This document shows positions 35,537-43,998 of a stretch of DNA of 64,000 nt, piece by piece. Below the pieces are notes generated by a model. That model was not told where the DNA came from. It saw only the letters and a list, made by a program, of their open reading frames with translations, and did not search any database. Both the position numbers and the translations under genes were made by a program. The stretch comes from Chloracidobacterium sp. (lineage in GTDB: Bacteria; Acidobacteriota; Blastocatellia; Pyrinomonadales; Pyrinomonadaceae). Location of the stretch: assembly GCA_031430895.1 (NCBI GenBank), contig JANPCJ010000349.1, positions 95 to 64,094 of the forward strand, given 5' to 3'. Position 1 is the first letter of the stretch, and every line of letters starts with the position of its first letter.

Positions 35537-35752
35537 ATGCAAAAGATGAATCCGAATAAACAGACCCCATTCAAAGTTAGACGAGCAGAATTGACACCCA
35601 TACCACCAGAATCGGAGAGGACGCCCCTGGGCCGGAAATTGATGAAGATTGTAGCTGAGATCGACGCATCCGACGATCCCCCTATGAGTGAGGAAGATCT
35701 TGAACGTGAGCTGCTGCTGCGACGCGGTGGATATACTGGTAATGTCCAATAA
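35537..35752 (+). CDS. Putative antitoxin partner of the downstream PIN protein
   Basis: 71 aa, charged and proline-rich. It overlaps the PIN gene start by 11 nt. No family was recognised. Confidence 0.4.
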   Translation: MQKMNPNKQTPFKVRRAELTPIPPESERTPLGRKLMKIVAEIDASDDPPMSEEDLERELLLRRGGYTGNVQ

Positions 35753-36161
35753 AAAGCTTTGTTTTCTCGATGCGTCAGTACTGATTTCCGCATTTCGAAA
35801 GCCAACCGACTTGACTTTTGCTCGAAGAATGCGTGCTCATCAACTCCTTAACGATCATGAGCGCGAATTTGTCGCCAGTGAATTTCTGAAACTAGAGGTT
35901 CTGCCGATGGCAACATTTTTTGCCAAGAGGCGCGAACTTCGATTCTTGAGGGATTTTTTCGACTCGATAGCTCATTGGGCGCCGTGTGAAACTCTAATAT
36001 CTCCCGCGCTAGATCTCGCCTCTGCCTACGGCCTCGGCGCACTTGACGCCCTTCACCTTTGCGCCGCAAAACATTTCGATGCCGAATTCATTTCGGCTGA
36101 ACGCCCAACTAAGCCGATTTACAAAGCCTACCCAAAAATTGCATCTATCTACGAAGACTAG
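35742..36161 (+). CDS. PIN-domain protein (VapC-like toxin)
   Basis: From ATG 35742: MSNKKLCFLDASVLISAF, EFLKLEVLP and GALDALHLCAAK. Confidence 0.65.
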   Translation: MSNKKLCFLDASVLISAFRKPTDLTFARRMRAHQLLNDHEREFVASEFLKLEVLPMATFFAKRRELRFLRDFFDSIAHWAPCETLISPALDLASAYGLGALDALHLCAAKHFDAEFISAERPTKPIYKAYPKIASIYED

Positions 36162-36165
36162 CCCG

Positions 36166-38079
36166 ATGGACGTCCAAACACACCACGCAATAATCGCCCA
36201 GATCGTCGGCAAGGAATTCGGATCGAAGCCGGGCCGAATCCAGCGCATGGCCAACGGCATCTGTAACGAGGTGTATCTGGTCGGCGTTGACGGTCGCGAA
36301 GTAATAATCCGGCTCAAGTCGGAGGCTCGTTACATGCTGGGTTCGCACAATCACATTCCGCTTTTTCAGTCGAAAGGCATCCGTGTTCCGGAGATATTGG
36401 CCGAAGACTATTCGAAACGCGATCTGCCGTTTGCGTACCAAATTCAGAGCAAGATCGATGGGCGCGATATCAAAGACGTGGTCGATACCCTAACCGACGG
36501 ACAGCTTCGCGCGGTTGGCGGCGAGATTGCGAATATCTTTCGCCGCCTCATCGATGTTCCGAATAGCGGAAAGTTCGGTGTATTGTGGGGCGACGACAAT
36601 GATCTAGTAGATTCGTGGGCGGCCGAGGTCGCGCGAGTAACCGAGGTCGTTCTCGGTTGGGGCGCGAAAACCGGTGTACTCGACGCGAAACTGGAAAAAA
36701 TTCTTAGATGGATCAATTCGGAGTACAAAGACTATTTTAACAGCGTCCGCCCGATCACCTATTTCGGCGATATCTGTTCAAAGAATGTGATGATCCACGA
36801 GGGTAGATTCTCGGGTCTGGTCGATCTCGATAGTCTCGCCCAGGGCGATCCGCTCGAGGCCATCGGCCGCATAAAAGCAAGCTGGTACGGTACGCACCAC
36901 GGCCAAATTTATTCCGAAGCGGTTATGGACGCTCTACAGCTGTCGCCGAAGCACCGAAAGCTGGTGACAATGTACGCGCTGCTGAATCGAATGTTCTGGA
37001 CCTGCGAGAACGGAATTCAGTTCAATCAAAACACGAACTCGACCGTTGACCGTGAAAGAGAGGTAAATGATAAAAAGGTTGTCGACCAGCTTCTTGCTGA
37101 ACTGCAAGGGCCCGTCGTAATCTCTTTGCCTGTTTTGACCTCCCCGAACGAAACCGTCGAACCGGTCAGGCGCGCGCGGCCTAACGCCGAAACTGTCGCG
37201 TCGCGCCTCGAACCGGTCAAACCTCACGAAAATACTCCGGGGTTTGTTCCCCCGTTGTCGGCGGACGAAGACCTACGGAGATTTGAGGTTTCGACAGTTC
37301 CGGTGGTTGCGGCCATCAGCGAACTTCCCGCCCCGGCGCGCGTAAATGCCCTGCAATCGGAGCCGGTGAAGCAACCTTCGCCGCAAAAAATTATTCTCGA
37401 AGCGAGCGGGCTATCAAAAACCTACATAAGCGACGGCATTGGATTTGATGCGCTCAAAAACGTCGACCTTCAGATCGGACAAGGTGATTGTGTCGCGATC
37501 GTGGGCAAATCCGGCAGCGGTAAATCGACGTTGATGCACCTGCTGGCCTGTCTCGACGCACCAACCGATGGTTATGTCTATGTTGACGGCGACGAAACGT
37601 CGACTATGTCGGAAACAGACAAGAATACGCTGCGCAACCGAAAATTCGGCTTTGTTTTTCAACAGTTTTTCCTCAATGGCCGCGACACGGTATTTGAAAA
37701 TGTAGTGCTGCCGATGCGTATCCGCGGAGTTTCGGATTTTCAAATGATACAGGATGCGGACGAGGCCCTCGGGTCGGTCGGCCTGTCAGACAAATCCGAC
37801 AAGAAGGCAAAAGATCTTTCCGGCGGCGAGAAACAGCGGGTCTGCATCGCCCGGGCGCTTGTCGGCAAGCCGCAGGTAATATTTACCGATGAACCCACAG
37901 GAAACCTCGATTCAAACACCGGTGCGGCAGTTGAAAACATGCTGTTCGATCTAAACCGCGCTAAAGGCATCACCCTCGTGATAGTTACGCACGACAGCGA
38001 ACTGGCCGACCGCTGCGACCGGGTCATCGAAATGAAAGACGGACGCATCGTATCGCAAAGGCAGAAACACGACCGGTAG
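36166..38079 (+). CDS. Fusion protein: APH/choline-kinase-like phosphotransferase domain + Pro-rich linker + MacB/LolD-type ABC ATPase
   Basis: The start is set at ATG 36166 (MDVQTHH), 4 nt after the PIN stop. The N-domain has NEVYLVGVDGREVIIRLK and YFGDICSKNVMIHEGRFSGLVDLDS (an HxDxxxxN-like loop with F for H, plus DLD). The C-domain has GKSGSGKST, LSGGEKQR and VIFTDEPTGNLD. The last codons (QKHDR*) lie in a REP-A unit. Confidence 0.75.
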   Translation: MDVQTHHAIIAQIVGKEFGSKPGRIQRMANGICNEVYLVGVDGREVIIRLKSEARYMLGSHNHIPLFQSKGIRVPEILAEDYSKRDLPFAYQIQSKIDGRDIKDVVDTLTDGQLRAVGGEIANIFRRLIDVPNSGKFGVLWGDDNDLVDSWAAEVARVTEVVLGWGAKTGVLDAKLEKILRWINSEYKDYFNSVRPITYFGDICSKNVMIHEGRFSGLVDLDSLAQGDPLEAIGRIKASWYGTHHGQIYSEAVMDALQLSPKHRKLVTMYALLNRMFWTCENGIQFNQNTNSTVDREREVNDKKVVDQLLAELQGPVVISLPVLTSPNETVEPVRRARPNAETVASRLEPVKPHENTPGFVPPLSADEDLRRFEVSTVPVVAAISELPAPARVNALQSEPVKQPSPQKIILEASGLSKTYISDGIGFDALKNVDLQIGQGDCVAIVGKSGSGKSTLMHLLACLDAPTDGYVYVDGDETSTMSETDKNTLRNRKFGFVFQQFFLNGRDTVFENVVLPMRIRGVSDFQMIQDADEALGSVGLSDKSDKKAKDLSGGEKQRVCIARALVGKPQVIFTDEPTGNLDSNTGAAVENMLFDLNRAKGITLVIVTHDSELADRCDRVIEMKDGRIVSQRQKHDR

Positions 38080-38152
38080 GGAGTGTGTTTCACTTTGCCC
38101 GGCAGTCAACAGGTGACAGAGACACACTCCCTACCGGTCGTGTTTCCGCCTT
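38058..38152. repeat. Inverted pair of REP-A units between the ABC ATPase and permease genes
   Basis: aaggcagaaacacgaccggtagggagtgtgtt (38058-38089) and gacacactccctaccggtcgtgtttccgcctt (38121-38152). Confidence 0.85.
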
Positions 38153-38160
38153 ATTTGAAT

Positions 38161-39441
38161 ATGAAATTTTGGGATCTGATAAAAATCGCTAACCGTAATC
38201 TTTTTCGCAATAAGCTGCGTACCTTTTTGACCGTTGCAGCAATATTTGTCGGCGCGTTTACGCTAACGATGACAAACGGCCTCGGCGACGGTGTGCGCGG
38301 CTACGTCGAAAGTCAGGTCAAGAATATCGAGAGCGACAGCGTCATACGCGTCCGCAAAAAGGTGGAAAATCCGGAAGGCGACCAACCGCCCGACGTTCCA
38401 AGAGAATACCGGGACGATTCACCCGTCGTGGACGAGAGTGCGCCGATCGACCCCGCCGCGTTCGTAGTGACCCTGCCCCAAATCGAAAATGCCATGCGCG
38501 GCATCGAGGGTGTGAAGAGCATTACGCCGCGATACACGACCGACGCGGAATACATTACGCTCGACGGGCAAAAGAAGTATGACGTTCAATTGTCGATGCT
38601 CTCGGATGGCATCACCCAAAAAACGGAAGCCGGAGAGTCGATAACCGGTTCGGGCCAGATCGTAATACCGCTTGGGCTCGCACGCTTATTCGATCAGAAG
38701 ATCGAAAATCTGGTTGGCAAAACGGCCACGATCGGCTACAAAGGGGCTGACGGATCGATGAGAACACTCGCGCTCCACATTGTCGGCGTCGCGACAAAAG
38801 GTTTCCAGACAAACACGAGTTCGTTTGTCGATTCAATCACGGCTCGAAACATACACGCGGTGCAAAAACGCGAACAGGGCCCAGACAGGTTCATGGGTTT
38901 TTCAGTCCAGATGGCAACCACTGATGCGACGAAAATCGATGCCGCCAAGAAACGGCTCAGCGAACTGGGTTTTGAAGCGGAAACTTTCGCGGATAGCCAA
39001 AAACGCATTTATGACGGGATCGGCATCTTCAAGCTGGCGATGGGCCTCGTCGCCGTAATTGCGCTGCTTGCCGCCTCGTTCGGAATCATTAACACACTTG
39101 TCATCGCCGTTCTCGAACGCACAAAAGAGATTGGTCTGCAAAAAGCGCTCGGTATGGGCCGCGGAAAGATTTTTGCGATCTTTTCGCTCGAATCCGTTTT
39201 GATCGGTTTCTGGGGAGCTTTGCTTGGCACGATTGCGGGGATAATTGTGGGCTCGATCACAAATCGGGTTCTCACCGCCGCCTACGCCGAATCGTTCGAG
39301 GGGTTTAATCTTTTTGCGTTCACACTGCCGTCGATAGCGTCGGTCATACTCATTGTCTCGGGCGTCGCCTTCGTCGCCGGCGTCATGCCCGCCTGGCGTG
39401 CAAGCCGTCTAAACCCCATCGAATCGCTCCGATACGAATAG
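38161..39441 (+). CDS. FtsX/MacB-family ABC transporter permease
   Basis: The start is set at ATG 38161 (MKFWDLIKIANRNLFRNKLRTFLT), because the listed upstream codons translate REP-A. It has TM1, a ~250-aa external domain and three C-terminal TMs. The end is PAWRASRLNPIESLRYE. Confidence 0.85.
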   Translation: MKFWDLIKIANRNLFRNKLRTFLTVAAIFVGAFTLTMTNGLGDGVRGYVESQVKNIESDSVIRVRKKVENPEGDQPPDVPREYRDDSPVVDESAPIDPAAFVVTLPQIENAMRGIEGVKSITPRYTTDAEYITLDGQKKYDVQLSMLSDGITQKTEAGESITGSGQIVIPLGLARLFDQKIENLVGKTATIGYKGADGSMRTLALHIVGVATKGFQTNTSSFVDSITARNIHAVQKREQGPDRFMGFSVQMATTDATKIDAAKKRLSELGFEAETFADSQKRIYDGIGIFKLAMGLVAVIALLAASFGIINTLVIAVLERTKEIGLQKALGMGRGKIFAIFSLESVLIGFWGALLGTIAGIIVGSITNRVLTAAYAESFEGFNLFAFTLPSIASVILIVSGVAFVAGVMPAWRASRLNPIESLRYE

Positions 39442-39662
39442 GTCAACAACCCCCTGCGTAAGCGGGGGAAAGGACTGGAGGGGGAGCATCCTGCTCGCCC
39501 GTATTCAAACCCTGTATAAGAAAGCGGCAAAGGATAACGGCCGTATTTCAGTTCGGCTCGAAACAGTGCAGTCGCCCCACCGTCAGATTGGACGGACCGG
39601 TTCTGACATTGAATCAAACGCAACAATTAGGTTAACGTAACTCTTGATCACGAGGCCTAACT

Positions 39663-40322
39663 ATGAAGCGAATATTTCCATACATCTTTATCCTTTTGGC
39701 AGCCGGTTCCGCCCTATACGCTCAACCGGCGCCTGACGCCGTCGAACTCACCCGCTTGCTAAACGAATTCCTCGCCGGCGCCGGCAGAAATGATGCGGCT
39801 GTCCATGACCGTTTCTGGGCCGACGACCTCATCTACACGCGCTCCGCCGGCACTCGAACCAACAAAGCAGACCTAATGAAAGGCGTCCGTTCGGCACCGG
39901 CCGCTAAACCGGACGATCCAACCACGGTTTATACCGCCGAGGACGTGCGCATTCAACAATATGGCAGCGCCGCCGTCGTCGCTTTTAAACTGGTCGGCAA
40001 CACTACTCGCCCGGACGGCACAAAATCGGTCTCAAATCACCTCAACACTGGCACATTCATCAAACGAAACGGAAAATGGCAGGTCGTCGCGTGGCAGGCA
40101 ACCATCGTTCCAAAACCGGTTCCTGAAACAAAGTCCGCATCTCAGACCCAGGCAATCGAGCCCAAACCCGCTACCCTTGTAACCACCCAAAATGCAGCAG
40201 AGGCTCCGCACCCGTCGAGCACCGTCGGCGCCAGAACTTACCTGCGCGGCCCCCGCGGCGGCTGTTACTACCTAAGCTCCGGCGGGAAGAAGATCTACGT
40301 CGATCACGACAATTGCAAATGA
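39663..40322 (+). CDS. Secreted SnoaL/NTF2-like (DUF4440-like) protein with a Cys-flanked basic C-terminal motif
   Basis: The signal peptide is MKRIFPYIFILLAAGSALYA. The NTF2-like core includes FWADDLIYTRSAG and GKWQVVAWQAT. The C-terminus is RTYLRGPRGGCYYLSSGGKKIYVDHDNCK. Confidence 0.6.
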   Translation: MKRIFPYIFILLAAGSALYAQPAPDAVELTRLLNEFLAGAGRNDAAVHDRFWADDLIYTRSAGTRTNKADLMKGVRSAPAAKPDDPTTVYTAEDVRIQQYGSAAVVAFKLVGNTTRPDGTKSVSNHLNTGTFIKRNGKWQVVAWQATIVPKPVPETKSASQTQAIEPKPATLVTTQNAAEAPHPSSTVGARTYLRGPRGGCYYLSSGGKKIYVDHDNCK

Positions 40323-40328
40323 TCCGTA

Positions 40329-40395
40329 TTCTGAGTCCCGCCTTTAGGCCGCCTCCCTCACCGGCGAGGAAGCCGTCTAAAGGCGGGACTCAGAA
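40329..40395. repeat. Perfect 19-bp inverted repeat (possible terminator or REP)
   Basis: ttctgagtcccgcctttag (40329-40347) and ctaaaggcgggactcagaa (40377-40395). Confidence 0.8.
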
Positions 40396-40468
40396 CAAAA
40401 ACTTCCTGAACTTTTTCGTTCACGCATTCGTTTGCCTCTTACAGCCAGATAGTCTTTGGAGGGGTTAT

Positions 40469-41170
40469 ATGAAAAAAATTGGATTTATTATCTTTGCCGG
40501 CGCTCTGATCATCGGCCTTGTGGTGTCGAATTTGTTCTCGTTTGGGCGGGTCAGCGACAAGTTTTTTAATTTTTCGTTCAATTTTAAGGACGTAAAAGGT
40601 TCGGGTCAGACTGCTTCCGAGGTCCGTGATTTGAAGGGCTTCAAATCAATCGATGTCGGCGGCGTCTTCCACGTCGAGATCACGGCTCAAAAGGAGTTCA
40701 GCGTCGAGGTCGAGGCTGACAACAACCTTTTGCAGTATATAAAAACCGAGGTTCGCGGCGGCAAGCTCAATATCGAGATTGACAAGAAGGTTTCAACCAA
40801 AAACCCGATGCTCATACGCATAACGGCACCCGACATCGACGATCTGGAAGTTTCCGGCGCAGCAAATGTTACGGTCAACGATCTAAAAAATGCGGGGATC
40901 TCGGTCGATTCGAGCGGAGCTTCGAAGATCAAGATTACGGGTGAGACGGCCAAATTAACGATCGACGTCAGCGGAGCAACCAAGATCGACGCCGAAAACC
41001 TGACATCGGAAAACGCTACGGTCGACGCGAGCGGTGCGAGCCAGGTCAGCGTTAACGTCACCGGCCAGCTCAAAGCGGATGCATCCGGTGCGAGCAAGAT
41101 CGCCTATTCGGGTTCACCGGCGAATGTCGAGAAAAAATCGAGCGGAGCCGGCAACGTCTCGCCAAAATAA
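40469..41170 (+). CDS. DUF2807 / head GIN domain protein (beta-helix repeats)
   Basis: The start is set at ATG 40469 with a GGAGGGG RBS. It has an N-terminal TM followed by repeated xSGAxxxxV motifs (VSGAANVTV, SSGASKIKI, VSGATKIDA, ASGASQVSV, ASGASKIAY). Confidence 0.7.
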   Translation: MKKIGFIIFAGALIIGLVVSNLFSFGRVSDKFFNFSFNFKDVKGSGQTASEVRDLKGFKSIDVGGVFHVEITAQKEFSVEVEADNNLLQYIKTEVRGGKLNIEIDKKVSTKNPMLIRITAPDIDDLEVSGAANVTVNDLKNAGISVDSSGASKIKITGETAKLTIDVSGATKIDAENLTSENATVDASGASQVSVNVTGQLKADASGASKIAYSGSPANVEKKSSGAGNVSPK

Positions 41171-41222
41171 CTCGGGTAAACGTGACGCCTTTAGGCCTTA
41201 AAGCGTACCGCGTCACTCTGGC

Positions 41223-41681
41223 TTAGGTTTCAACGACATTAGTTTTCACTCCCATTACGATACCTTCCCTATCGAGGCCAACGGCAATTATCTCGACCTG
41301 AACCTTACCGATCCTGAACACTCGCAGTCCGTTGAGATTTCCTTCGAGAAGCTTTTGCAGCTCGGCGAACCTCGCGGCTCTCTCCTGTTCCGGCCCGCGA
41401 AACCAATCCTTGATCGCCGTCAGCCGTCCGAAGAACATCTCGAGCGAACCCTCCTCGACCGGCGCGTTCGCTTCTCGCCCCGCCTGTTGTAGAATTATCC
41501 TTGCGTTTATAGACGATGCCCATTCCCCAGCAAACGGAAGCATCGGAGAGTCCGTTTCGCTGATGTAAATCAGCCCTTCGCAGGCTCTCTCGATGGCATC
41601 AAAAAGGGCCGGTCCGGATTTAATATTTTTTGCAAAATAATTTTGCATTTTTTGACGCTTTTTAGAGCGTTTTTCTGTCAA
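41223..41681 (-). CDS. Hypothetical protein, possibly NuiA-like nuclease inhibitor
   Basis: CEGLIYISETDSPMLPF resembles the Y-x-SESD-x-P motif of NuiA-family proteins (recalled, weak). Confidence 0.35.
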   Translation of the reverse strand: MTEKRSKKRQKMQNYFAKNIKSGPALFDAIERACEGLIYISETDSPMLPFAGEWASSINARIILQQAGREANAPVEEGSLEMFFGRLTAIKDWFRGPEQERAARFAELQKLLEGNLNGLRVFRIGKVQVEIIAVGLDREGIVMGVKTNVVET

Positions 41682-41778
41682 AATTGGTCGGTTTTCTTAG
41701 TCTAACACATTGGAAAATTACACCGAATTGTTGTCAGAAAAGGAAGTTAAATTTGTGTTAAACGTCGCGAAAAAAACC

Positions 41779-42089
41779 TGTGGAATTCTGTTTGCTCTTG
41801 CCTCTTTTTCGTGTTAGTCTGTTACCCGTTTCCAGATACTGAGCCGCTGTAACCTATTGATAGTAAACGGCTTAATGCTTTACTTTAGGTTTAGTACGCC
41901 TATCTCTTGCTGGTTGTGGAAAAGGCTGTGAATAAGATGTGATCAAGGGGCGTTTCAGCCGGCCGCAAAGCACCAAAACGAAAAGACTTCCGGCTAATTT
42001 CCGGCGAGCGCACAAGCGATGGTCGGGAGATGTGCCGACGATAGATTTTGATTTAGAAACGCGTCCGTTTTTAGATGCGATTTTCCACC
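41779..42089. promoter_or_regulatory. dnaA upstream region with three DnaA-box-like sites
   Basis: tgtggaatt (41779-41787), tgtggaaaa (41915-41923, an exact complement of TTTTCCACA) and ttttccacc (42081-42089). Confidence 0.5.
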
Positions 42090-42096
42090 TAAGATA

Positions 42097-43506
42097 TTGA
42101 AACAAATTGCCAAAAAATCATCCGTCTGGGACGACGCCCTAAGCATCGTTAAGGCACACCTTAATACTGACGTCTATAACACGTGGTTCCGTCCGATCAG
42201 CTTCGAATCACTGGACGAACACAACCACATTCTACTACTGCGAGCGGGCAAGGTAACAAAGGACTGGGTCTGTCATTACTACACCGGTCTGCTTGGCCAA
42301 ACGCTGGCCGAGCTCGAGCTTTCGGATTATGAGATCGAATGGCAGATCGACGCCGACCAACCGCTCGAAGCTCAGTTTGAAGACGAAGAGGTGGCCGATC
42401 TTTTCTTTTCGCCAAAAAACAAATCAGCATCCGTCGTTCCCGGACGCAGCGGAACCGCCCATTTTATTGATATCGAACCGGTCGAGGACTATCTCAATCC
42501 GAAGTACACATTCGAAAAATTTGTGGTCGGCTCATGCAACCGGTTTGGCCACGCGGCCGCCAAAGCGGTAGCCGAAGCGCCGGGTTCCACATATAACCCG
42601 CTCTTTCTGTACGGCGGCGTCGGGCTCGGCAAAACGCACCTCATGCACGCAATCGGCCACTCTATAAAGCTGAGGGCGCCGCATATGAAGATCGCGTACA
42701 TAACATCCGAACGGTTTATGAACGAGCTGATCAACGCGATCCGCTTTAATAAAACGCCTGCGTTTCGCGATAGATACCGTTCGATCGACGTCCTGTTGAT
42801 GGACGACGTTCAGTTTATGGCCGGCAAGGACCGGACGCAGGAAGAGTTTTTTCACACATTCAACACGCTGCACAATGGGCAAAAGCAGATCGTCGTATCC
42901 AGCGACTGCCCGCCGCGCGAAATACCGACGCTCGAGGAAAGGCTGCATTCGCGTTTCGAGTGGGGACTGATCGCCGATCTCGAACCGCCCGATCTCGAAA
43001 CAAAGGTCGCGATCCTCAAACGCAAGGCGGATATGGACGGCATCGAGTTGTCCGACGAGATCGCGATGTACATCGCCGGCAAAGTTAAGAGCAACGTCCG
43101 CGAGCTCGAAGGCTCGCTTGTCCGGCTCGTCGCCATCTCGTCCATGAAAGGCGTCCCGATAACAAAGCTGCTCGCCCAGGAATCGATGAAAAACATCCTC
43201 GACAGCGACCGGCCATCGGGCTTGACGATCGAACATATCGCGCGCACCGTCGCCGGGCATTACAAAATGACCGTCCAGGACATCAAGTCAAAAAACAACT
43301 CGCGCGGCATCGCCGTGCCACGTCAGGTGGCGATGTATCTGTGTAAAAGGTTGACCCGGCACAGCTTCCCGGAGATCGGCCGCGAGTTCGGCGGCAAGCA
43401 TCATACGACCGTGATGCACTCGGTTGACAAGATTAAAACGCTGTATAACGACGACCGGAATTTCCACAGGGAAATTAACGAGCTAATTGATAATCTTTGC
43501 AGCTAG
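42097..43506 (+). CDS. dnaA: Chromosomal replication initiator DnaA
   Basis: YNPLFLYGGVGLGKTHLMHAIG (Walker A), LLMDDVQF, VRELEGSL and the C-terminal HTTVMHS DNA-binding motif. It has a TTG start. Confidence 0.95.
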   Translation: MKQIAKKSSVWDDALSIVKAHLNTDVYNTWFRPISFESLDEHNHILLLRAGKVTKDWVCHYYTGLLGQTLAELELSDYEIEWQIDADQPLEAQFEDEEVADLFFSPKNKSASVVPGRSGTAHFIDIEPVEDYLNPKYTFEKFVVGSCNRFGHAAAKAVAEAPGSTYNPLFLYGGVGLGKTHLMHAIGHSIKLRAPHMKIAYITSERFMNELINAIRFNKTPAFRDRYRSIDVLLMDDVQFMAGKDRTQEEFFHTFNTLHNGQKQIVVSSDCPPREIPTLEERLHSRFEWGLIADLEPPDLETKVAILKRKADMDGIELSDEIAMYIAGKVKSNVRELEGSLVRLVAISSMKGVPITKLLAQESMKNILDSDRPSGLTIEHIARTVAGHYKMTVQDIKSKNNSRGIAVPRQVAMYLCKRLTRHSFPEIGREFGGKHHTTVMHSVDKIKTLYNDDRNFHREINELIDNLCS

Positions 43507-43998
43507 TTAACAGAAATTTAACCCTTGATATACGGAAATATTTTCCACATATACTGGAAATTTATTATCAAGGTAAGCTCTTTGTTTACAGATATTTGAA
43601 TAATATTTTCCACTTATCCGCAAGGCGTCTCAAAACCTGCCTGTGGACAAGCGTGGAAAATAAGGGTGGAAAAAAGTTACCAACAGGTCGGTGAGGTTTT
43701 CCACAGATTTTCCACAGGCCTCTGTGGAAGGAAAACGGTTTATTTTATAAGAGGTTAAGTCGCTTTTACACATTTACACAGGCCCTATTCCTACTACTAA
43801 GTCTTAATAGATTTTTGATTCTATTTAGTTTTAGGAAAAGGCAAAAGTTTAGAGTTCACGTTTCAGCGTGCCGACACTGGTTAATACCGCCCAGACGATA
43901 GCGGATGGGGAATTTGACCGGTATAATATTTTACACAGGAAAAAGAACCCGGTCGCTGCCACTTGCGGTACTGACCCAAAATCAGGAGCAATAAACAA
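43507..43998. promoter_or_regulatory. Predicted oriC (dnaA-dnaN intergenic region): DnaA-box cluster plus AT-rich tracts
   Basis: TTTTCCACA-type boxes lie at 43541, 43607, 43697 and 43708 (+). Complement-orientation boxes lie at 43642, 43652, 43665 and 43723. TTATCCGCA lies at 43614. AT-rich stretches are at 43507-43620 and 43796-43850. Confidence 0.75.

Noticed and set aside
36043-36165. N-terminal extensions of listed ORFs: 36043-36165, 38083-38160, 26022-26072, 40313-40468, 51871-52014, 19369-19506, and ORFs 921-1127 and 33690-34133.
   Set aside because: They either overlap the upstream gene or translate REP/hairpin elements (KAETRPVGSV, TLPTGRVSAF, LSPAFRPPPSPARKPSKGGTQ). Downstream internal starts have RBS or signal-peptide support.
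39282-39626. ORF 39282-39626 (-) and ORFs 10787-11332 and 7888-8247 (-).
   Set aside because: They overlap the 3' end of the FtsX permease gene, tatC and the lipoprotein gene respectively. They have no motifs and atypical composition.
42532-43260. Long antisense ORFs inside well-supported genes. Examples: 42532-43260 opposite dnaA, 43849-44658 opposite dnaN, 15518-16138 opposite mnmG, 34661-35164 opposite DUF445, 53766-54360 opposite the permease, 17713-18291 opposite the hydrolase, and 60976-61566.
   Set aside because: They fully overlap genes with clear family motifs. Their translations are Arg/Pro/Ser-rich low-complexity sequences with no motifs. This is typical of shadow frames in moderately GC-rich DNA.
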